Part shown: positions 53,691 to 62,210 of the stretch, in pieces | Numbering within the stretch: position 1 is the first letter of the stretch | How the letters are laid out: each line of letters opens with the position of its first letter | Source of the DNA: Callorhinchus milii | Taxonomy: Eukaryota | Assembly (NCBI RefSeq): GCF_018977255.1 | Contig: NW_024704742.1 | Span: 122,204,001 to 122,268,000 of the forward strand | Direction of reading: 5' to 3' | DNA length: 64,000 bases | Notes under the pieces: generated by a model | Told to the model about the DNA's origin: nothing | The model's input: the letters and a program-made list of their open reading frames with translations, nothing else | Database searches by the model: none | Program-made: the position numbers and the translations under genes

Positions 53691-55461
53691 CTCACTGTAC
53701 CTAACACAATTCAGGCGTCTTATCACATCTTCGAGACATCTCAAAGTGCTTCACAGAATATACTGTAAAGTGAATTGACTATATTTTGAGGGTGATTGCA
53801 CTTTACAGTATGTTTTGTGAAATGCTTTGAGACGTCCTTCTGACATGAGAGGTGTTTTATCAAATCTAAGGATTATTAATTATTCTTCCTTAGTGCAACT
53901 ATCAATAAAAACTACCACACTGAAAACTAAATCAAATATATATTCCTTTTTGAATTTTCTCTTGTGGGCTTTTTGGATTTCTAATTATTTGAAATAGATG
54001 CAAATTTGTTAACACTCACCTGTCTAGAGGCAATCTTGTTATTTATTCTTCCTTCCCATTAATTTACTCAAAAATATTCACAGGAATGCAAAAATATATC
54101 CAACAGACAGCAGGTGAAAATTAACGACATTAATCAAAAAAGTGTCCACTGTTAATTATTATTCCAGTTCATTTATTTGAAAATTGCTGCCAGTTAAAAA
54201 TGCTTTCTAATATAATTTCTAATATAGGAGGTTTGTGTGGTGCATAAACATTGGCACAAACTAGTTGAACCGAATAGCCTGCTTCTATACTGTAACATTC
54301 TATATAATTCTATGTAAAGTGCTATCCTGCGTGGAGAGCGCTATATAAGTGCAAGTTGTTATAATACTTAATATTGGAGTATGTCATCGGGTATAATAAT
54401 AATAACATGCACTTCCAGAAGTGGCTTTGGTCTCTTGATTGTTTTCTGTAACCTGAGATGATTTCCTTGCCACAGGGAATTTTTCACACGAGGGTGTTGT
54501 ATATATGTGGATCTCTCAGTCTGGTTTGGACACTCGTCTGCACGGTGATGGGTTTCCGCATGAATCGGAACCCGTCTGACAAAAAAAACTATCTAAAACT
54601 ATCTCACTTTTTGATTGTTTTAGAATGAATTGCAAATCCGAATAATGTACTTATTGTAGGAAGAAACATGGGACCATCCTGGGAGATAACAATGGATAGT
54701 GTGTACTTTGTGTCCCAAATCTTAAAGTTAAAGTGCTGTGATCTCATCTGTCTTACATTAAATGATGGGACATTTTGTCTTCCTATCTGACGCTATTATT
54801 TATGTATATGAACAGTAATCATTCAGTTCATAATTCATTGTCGTGCTAAGGCGTTACATCAAATGCAAGGATTATTTTTATTATAACTCTTGACTTGACA
54901 GGATTTACCATAAAGTTATAATTCAGTCAATCCGGGGCAGATCATTTCTGAAAGGTTTAAGGCTGAGAAAAAGAATTGCTTAGTAACATTATCCTTCTTC
55001 TTAAAAAATAAAGTAGAGCGCTGAAGCCTTGCGGCCTCAATAATAATCTTTGCATTTTGAAGCGCCTTCGAGATAGGGCGGAAGTCTTGAAAGCGCTTCA
55101 CTGGATTTTATTGCCAAGTGGAGTGAACTCGAGTGGTTGTAGTGACTGAGTGTCGGGACAAGGCGGCCCATTCGTGCGCACCAATGCCCCGCAAACGGTC
55201 GTGGATGACACTCACTTGCACTCACCGGTGAATGCCAAAGAAGAAGCCACTTGGAAGCCGCCTGGGGACAACAAGGAGGGCCAGTGTGGGCGAGCAGGGC
55301 ACAGGCAGTGAGAGCCAACTCGCCCCGTACACGGGTTTTGACGCAGTTGGTCACACGCGTTCATTTCACTTCCAGTGGATTCGGATCAAAACAATCTTTG
55401 CGGTTGACATTTCTTGGCCGCTTTTTGCGTCAAAGGGGGAGAGAGGAATGGAGAGGACTTG

Positions 55462-56037
55462 ATGCGGGGGTGGGCGAGGGGCTGTGCGGCTCCCACTGTG
55501 CCGGAGCCTCGGAGAACAGTCTGCCATAGTCTGGAGATACCATCAGAGGAGAGGAGAGGAGAGGCAGCGATTCCAGTGCCGGGACCCCCCTCCCCCCCCA
55601 GTGCCGGGACCCCCCTCCCCCCCCCAGTGCCGGGACCCCCCTCCCCCCCCCAGTGCCGGGACCCCCCCCCCCCCCCCCAGTGCCGGGACCCCCCCTCCCC
55701 CCCAGTGCCGGGACCCCCCTCCCCCCCAGTGCCGGGACCCCCCCCCCCAGTGCCGGGACCCCCCCCCCCAGTGCCGGGACCCCCCCCCCCCCCCAGTGCC
55801 GGGACCCCCTCCCCCCCAGTGCCGGGACCCCCCTCCCCCCAGTGCCGGGACCCCCCCCCCCCCCCCCCCCCCCCCAGTGCCGGGACCCCCCTCCCCCCCC
55901 CAGTGCCGGGACGCCCCCCCACTCCCAGTGCCGGGACCCCCCTCCCCCAGTGCCGGGACACCCTCCCCAATGCCGGGACCCCCCCCGCACCTCTCTCTCT
56001 CTCTGTGTCTCTGCTGCCGATGGTGTTGCAGTGACTT
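55462..56037 (+). CDS. PDE4D: Candidate additional PDE4D first exon (PDE4D11/PDE4A11-type position) with an internal VNTR; frame broken as assembled
   Basis: ATG 55462 gives MRGWARGCAAPTVPEPRRTVCHSLEIP...AAIPVPGPP; the exit frame gives PMPGPPPHLSLSLCLCCRWCCSD then TT|GTAAGG (phase-2 donor). Entry and exit read the repeat in the same register. Confidence 0.4.
55574..55986. repeat. C-rich minisatellite, about 17 units of CAGTGCCGGGAC(C)n(T)(C)n
   Basis: GTGCCGGGAC core repeated every 21-35 bp. Confidence 0.95.
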
Positions 56038-56087
56038 GTAAGGAGCGAGTCCTGAGCTGAACACAATGTGATCCTTTTTATTTTGCG

Positions 56088-56365
56088 GAGAGACAGACAG
56101 ACAGTGACACACTCACACACACACACACAGACACAGAGACACACACACACACACAGACACAGACACAGAGACACACACACACACACAGAGAGACCCAGAG
56201 AGGCACACACACACACACACACACACCCACACACACAGACACAGAGAGGCACACACACACAGAGACACACACACACACACACAGAGACACAGACACACAC
56301 ACACAGAGACACACAGAGACACACACAGACACACACACACACAGAGACACAGAGACACACAGAGA
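56088..56365. repeat. (CA)/(GA) compound microsatellite
   Basis: ACACACAGAGAC-type units. Confidence 0.95.
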
Positions 56366-56485
56366 GGGACCTGGGGTTGACTCACGTGGATCTTTGTCGA
56401 TGCAAAAAGGCAGCGGTGCCTCCTGACCACCAGACATGTGCGACTTACCCTGAAGCCAGCGATCTGCAGAGGCTCTCAGATAGTC

Positions 56486-56906
56486 AGCCCCAGCACCACC
56501 CCAGCACCCCCCCCCCCCCCCACCCCCAGCACCCCCCCCCCCCAGCACCCACCCACCCCCCCACCCCCAGCACCCCCCCAGCACCCCCCAGCACCCACCC
56601 CCTCCCCCAGCACCCACCCACCCCCCCCCCCCAGCACCCCCCCCCAGCACCCCCCCTCCCCAGCACCCCCCCAACCCCCAGTACCCCCCCCAGCACCCCC
56701 CCCCCAGCACCCCCACCCCCAGCACCCCCCCAGCACCCCAGCACCCCCCCACCCACCAGCACCCCCCCCAGCACCCACCAGCACCCCAGCACCCCCCCCC
56801 CAGCACCCCCCCCCCCAGCACCCACCCACCCCAGCATCCAGCTCCCAACCCTCCCCCAGCACCCACCCCCCCCCGCACCCAGCCCCCCCCCCCCCCCCCC
56901 CCTCCC
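56486..56906. repeat. C-rich minisatellite (CCCAGCACCCC)n
   Basis: Repeated CCAGCACCC core with poly-C spacers. Confidence 0.92.
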
Positions 56907-57190
56907 CGGGGCTGCAGGTTGTGGCCGTCACTTCCCAACAGTTTGACGGTGGCAGTGAAGTAAAGTTCACGCTCGAGTGAAGAAACAAGTCTGTGGCGGC
57001 GGGAGGTGTGGGGGGAGAGCTGTGCATTGCAGCCCAACCCGAGCGGAGCCACAGCCACAGCGGAGCGGAGCGGAGCGGACTGACGGCTCCAGATACAATG
57101 TAGCGGCTGCGGGTTTGCGGAGAGCGGAGGCTTTGGTGGATGTGGATGTGAGAGTGAGAGAGACAGAGAGCCATCACCATCACCATCACC

Positions 57191-57261
57191 ATGAGCCACC
57201 ACATTGTGATGAAACCGCGATCGCGGTCCACCAGCTCTCTCAGGACCTCGGAAAACCTCGG
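57191..57261 (+). CDS. PDE4D: Alternative first coding exon of PDE4D, PDE4D9-like ([23 protein letters not shown]+G)
   Basis: CACCATG start, 23 codons plus GG, donor GG|GTAAAA (phase 2). [13 protein letters not shown] is identical to the recalled human PDE4D9 N-terminus [22 protein letters not shown]. Order D8 then D9 on the same strand matches the mammalian gene. Confidence 0.92.
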
Positions 57262-57347
57262 GTAAAAAACACCCCGTTACCCCCTCTCTCTCTCTGTGTA
57301 ACAGCGCTGTCCGACACCGGCTCTTCACTTCTCTTTACTCTGCCGCC

Positions 57348-58252
57348 AGGGGCAGCCCGGGGGGGGGGCAGCCCGGGGGGGGGGGCAGCCCGGGGGGGGG
57401 GGGCTGCTGAGGGTGGGGGGCTCCCCAGGGTGGGGGGGCTGCCCAGGGTGGGGGTGGGGGCAGCCCGGGGGGGGGGGGTGCTGCTGAGGGTGGGGGGCTG
57501 CTCAGGGTGGGGGGGGGGTGCTGAGGGTGGGGCTGCCCAGGGTGGGAGGGTAGGGGGGGCTGCCCAGGGTGGTAGGGTGGGGGGGCTGCTCAGGGTGGGA
57601 GGGTGGGGGGCTGCCCAGGGTGGGAGGGTAGGGGGGGCTGCTCAGGGTGGGGGGGGCTGCTCAGGGTGGGGGGGCTGCTCAGGGTGGAGGGTGGGGGCTG
57701 CCCAGGGTGGGAGGATAGGGGGGCTGCGGATGGTGGGGGGCTGCTCAGGGTGGGAGGGTAGGGGGGGCTGCGTAGGGTGGGGGGGCTGCTCAGGGTGGGA
57801 GGGTGGGGGGCTGCCCAGGGTGGGAGGGTAGGGGGGCTGCGGAGGGTGGGGGGCTGCTCAGGGTGGGAGGGTGGGGGCGGTCTGCTCATGGTGGGAGGGT
57901 GGAGGGGGCTGCCCAGGGTGGGAGGGTAGGGGGGCTGCCCAGGGTGGGAGGGTAGGGGGGGCTGCCCAGGGTGGGAGGGTAGGGGGGGCTGCCCAGGGTG
58001 GGAGGGTAGGGGGGGCTGCACAGGGTGGGAGGGTAGGGGGGCTGCGGAGGGTGGGGGGGCTGCTCAGGGTGGGAGGGTGGGGGCGGTCTGCTCAAGGTGG
58101 GAGGGTGGAGGGGGCTGCCCAGGGTGGGAGGGTGGGGCGGTCTGCTCAAGATGGGAGGGTGGGGGGGGCTGCCCAGGGTGGGAGGGTGGGGGGGGCTGCC
58201 CAGGGTGGGAGGGTGGGGGGGCTGCTCAAGGTGGGAGGGCTGCTCAGGGTGG
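57348..58252. repeat. G-rich minisatellite ([24 protein letters not shown])n
   Basis: About 24-bp unit with several G-runs per unit, just downstream of the D9-like donor. Confidence 0.95.
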
Positions 58253-58516
58253 TCGCGATGTTTGCTCTGTGTGTGACTGTCAGGACTGTGTTGTGTTGTT
58301 GCTGGACTCGCAGCTGCATTTCGTGTGTATGTGTGTAACCCAAGTTGTGTGTTCCCATTCACACCCTCTGTTACTGTACACGCAGAGCAGTGAAATGACA
58401 AATACTGCAATAATAAAAGAAATAAATCTAATATTAAGTAATAAATAGAAGATCATAAAGTCGCGGAAATAAAAATACAACAGCAAGGCCACCCTTGAAT
58501 GATCCAAACTAGATGT

Positions 58517-58875
58517 GGAGCCCTGTAGCTCAGTGGTTGGAGCTCTCGCCTCGCAAGTGAGAGACTTTGGTTTGATTCCCAGCAGAGCGAAACCTTGGGC
58601 AGGTTTCCTTACTCCACGCGCCTCTGTTTACCTAGCAGTAAAGCAGGAACCTGGTTGTTAGTCGATTGGCGGATCATTTTTCGGGGGTAATAATTCCTTC
58701 AAAGAAAAAAATTCAATTCATGACAGTTTGTGGGACTCTACTGTGTGCAATTGGCTGCCACGTTTCGCCCACAAAATATACAGTCAATTCACTTTACAGT
58801 ATATTCTGTGAAGTGCTTTGAGATGTCTCAAAGATGTGATAAAGCCCTATATCAAATGCAAGGATTATTATTATT
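58517..58875 (+). mobile_element. Full-length tRNA-derived SINE, long subfamily
   Basis: GGAGCCCTGTAGCTCAGTGG head, CCTCTGTTTACCTAGCAGTAA segment, Deu-like core, GAGATGTCTCAAAGATGTGATAA tail. Confidence 0.9.
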
Positions 58876-59554
58876 GTTATTAAAAGCGATTAGTGTACAA
58901 GTCTAAAAATCCAAAGAAGAGTTTGTTTGCAAAATCTTAAAGCCCGTTTCAGAATACTGCCGAGAAAATATGATCATTCCTGTGTTTTGCTTTTGAAAAT
59001 CCCATCACACAATGATTTTTTATTAGACAGTAGTACTCTATACAGTGAAGGGTTTGTTTCGGCAAATGCAGTTATAGTGTTAAAGCAGTGAGCCATATAA
59101 TGATGTTCCTATATATAGTCTTGTGCCTAAGGTCATTGGTTTTCTGTGCTGGGTCAGTCTTAGCCTCTTAATATTCATGGGTTTTAGTTCTTTCGGATGC
59201 AAAATGCTGGTTTCTTTAATGTGCTGGTGATTTCCAGTAGGATACTCTGTATTTGAAAATTGACACATTCATGGATTTGCTAATTTTTGAAAAGATATTG
59301 TTTGGATTTATTTTCACATCTTGCGCTGAATTCTCTGCGTATGCAAAATCTGGCACTGGGTACAAAGCCAACAAGCCTATTGCTGATCTTGCAGGTCATT
59401 TGGTTCTTTTTTTTGTATACTTGAAACAAATAATTTAATGTTCACACAGACACTCTTTATAATACAGATGTATTACATTATTGAGGTAGTTTGTGCAGTA
59501 TTTTTGTTCCTATTTTTCATGGATTTAGTTCCATGGATACTTGCTGTACTTCAC

Positions 59555-59830
59555 ACAAGTGTATTTTCTTCACGTGTGTGAACATGGATGGTGAGTGAGG
59601 AAGGCTGTACAGTATTCGAGTATGGCTGGCTTTACAGCTGGTCTTTATATTGTCATCATCTGACATCCACACACGTGCACATTCCAGCATGAATCACTGG
59701 ATAATCAGGAGGAGGAACCCTCAATTACTTTTCTCCATCCTAACCTGAGATAACTTGTTTTCCCACTGCAGTGAAACTGGGACCCTTCTGGTCTTTAATG
59801 CTCACCATCATAACGTGCAGTTTGCTTACT
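59555..59830 (-). mobile_element. Ancient SINE-like repeat (related copy at about 20210-20490), possibly MER131-like
   Basis: The two regions share degenerate TATTCGA..TGG..CACAGC..GA and related downstream blocks; family assignment is from memory only. Confidence 0.35.
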
Positions 59831-61985
59831 TCTGACATATTGTGACACCCCGCATGTCAGAACTGAATTACAAGGTAGTAATTTGACTTTTTTCAGTACT
59901 TTCACCCTTTTATATGCACTTACAATAGTTGCTGCAAACAAAATTCATAGCCCTGCTTATTTCAAGCTTGGATTTGTATCCATCGACTCCTTCCAGCCTT
60001 ACCCTGTCCCAATTATTCTGTGATAATAATTCTTGCATTTGATATAGCGCCTTAGCATGTTGCCATGTCTGAATTCTATATCCTGAACTGTACAAGGCTC
60101 AGTGTCACACTACCAAACCCTCTTCGTACAGCAGATCTTACCAATAGTACAGGAATTTGTGAGTAAAGAAAAAAACATTAACATTTTTAAAATGTTGTAA
60201 AGAGAAACGAGAAATGTGATTATACCTTGAGTTACTGTTTATGCTGCAGGTTTGTTTACTGATGAAGCTGCTAGAGCACCCCACTGAGTGACTTTGAAGT
60301 CCAGTGACCAATTCATTTGTTATTTAATGTATTCATTTGGATGAAGAAGAACAATTGGCCAGATCACCGAGAGGACTCCATGCATTCTCTTTGGAGATCC
60401 TTTAACATGTACTTGGACTGCCAGAACAGGGCAACAAGATCTCAGTTTAAACTTTGATTAGAACAGTAACTCCAAACAGTATTATAGTTGTACTGGAGTG
60501 TCAATGCAATTTATGAACTCAAGTTCTGGTGTGTTCTCAAACCTACAAGCATCTGACCTGTAGGAAAGAATGTTACTGACTGAGCCAGACAGACAAGATA
60601 TTAAAAGCCTTAAAGATGGCGCAATGGACTCTCCAGGAAGTTTCAAACTTTCAAAAATTGCCATCATACTTACTGATGAACAGTGAATTGATGGTTTCCT
60701 GCAATAGGTGTCTGGCTTTGGAGGGATAAGGTAATTAAGCAGGGTCTCTTTTGGGTTGAGACAACTCTGGGGTGTTAAGTCTGGAGAAAGAAAAGGAAAA
60801 AAATAGAATGGAAAGTGCCCATTCCTGATTGTGTTTCAGTCCATAAGCAAGCAGGATGTGTACCCCAGAGAGTGAGTGCATAGTCCACAATCAACAAACA
60901 AAACCTTTCCTTTTTGCATGTTTCTTAACATCTCAAACTGGAGGCTCTTTAATTACATAAATCAATTTAATTAATTAATCAATTGCGCGCAATTGGCTGC
61001 AACGTTTCACCCACAAAATACACTTTGCAATATATTTTGTGAAGCACTTTGAGACATCTCAACGACATGATAAGACGCTATATCAAATACAAACATTTTA
61101 TTATTACAGCAAGAGATAAACATTTGTATCAGGCAAAACTTGATGTAACAATTGAGTAAGTTATTTTGTATTACATATTAATTTTCTTTTGATTACAGTT
61201 CGAAAATGAAGTGGCATGAAGTAAAATTTCATATGAAAGTTGCAGTGTCGACTTTGTAATATTGGGGTTATCATTGTGAGTCCTGTAAGCCATGTGTAAA
61301 CACCACTTGGTTTTCGCTCACAAATATACAGTCAATTCACTTTACAGCATATTCTGTGAAGTGCTTTGAGACGTCTAGAAGGTGTGAAAAGCGCTATATC
61401 AAATGCAAGGATTATTATGTATATTATTATTATTGATAGAACCTTGTTTGATTTTTTGAACCAGTGGGATTTTTTAAAGCGATGATCAGCGTGTAGCGGA
61501 ATCTACGGATGTTCATATACTTAAATAGATGTTTGCACTGTGCGCTGTCGTATACACATACTGGTCATCGCAGTGGCTGAAGAGCAAGTTGTTCAGAGCA
61601 GCCACATCCAAGAATTCAGCTTGTCAGACACCCTAATATGGTGATACCAAGTCTTTAAAGATTAGTACTGTTATCACATATTTCATTATAACAGTATCGT
61701 GTTTAACAGATTTGTTTTTACAATTTTTCAAGGGAGATCAAAATATGCAGTCATCTGTTATATAATTACATATAAATGGTGGAACCAATGCAAGTGCTTA
61801 ACAGCTGCTGTTGTTTGAAACACGCTTGCCTATTGGGCAACAAACAATATGCTCTTTGGGATGCTAAAAACCTCGGTTGACAATCCACTGTACTGGAGGT
61901 GTGCTGCGTTGTTGGAGGTATTGTCCTTCGGATGAGACAAACCAAGGCCTCGTCTGCATATTCAAATGAACGTTAAAGATCCCAT

Positions 61986-62210
61986 AACAAAAAACAAAGT
62001 CGCTGGGAACACTCAGCAGGTCAGACAGCATCTATGGAGAAAGGAAAGTGAGTCCACCTTTTGGGTCCACGACCCTTTATCAGAACTCCAGGGTCATGGA
62101 CCCGAAACGTTGACTCACTTTCCTTTCTCCATAGATGCTGCCTGATTTGCTGAGTGTTCCCAGTATTTTTGTTTACAGATTTCCAGCAACTGCAGTAGTT
62201 TGCATTCTGC
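61986..62210. mobile_element. Penelope-like-element-derived palindromic non-autonomous insert with a 12-bp TSD
   Basis: Inverted arms about 62002-62077 and 62090-62164; TSD TAAAGATCCCAT (61974-61985) and TAAACATCCCAT (62211-62222); interrupts an old SINE. Confidence 0.8.
62050..62088 (-). ncRNA. Degenerate minimal type I hammerhead ribozyme motif inside the Penelope-like palindrome
   Basis: Minus strand GAGTT-CTGATAA-AGGGTC-GTG-GACCC-AAAAGGTG-GACTC; the opposite arm keeps the intact 3' half GGGTC-ATG-GACCC-GAAACGTT-GACTC (62091-62116). Confidence 0.6.

Larger units (their letters stand above)
55030..57360 (+). promoter_or_regulatory. CpG-island-like promoter region of the downstream PDE4D long-form first exon(s)
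   Basis: Sharp rise in GC and CpG relative to the rest of the window; CRE half-sites TGACGCA 55339-55345 and TGCGTCA 55426-55432; contains the PDE4D9-like exon. Confidence 0.7.

Noticed and set aside
55386..58448. Long Pro/Gly/Cys-Val-rich ORFs in all frames
   Set aside because: Produced by stop-free mini- and microsatellites. Only the D9-like exon and, tentatively, the 55462-56037 frame have independent support.
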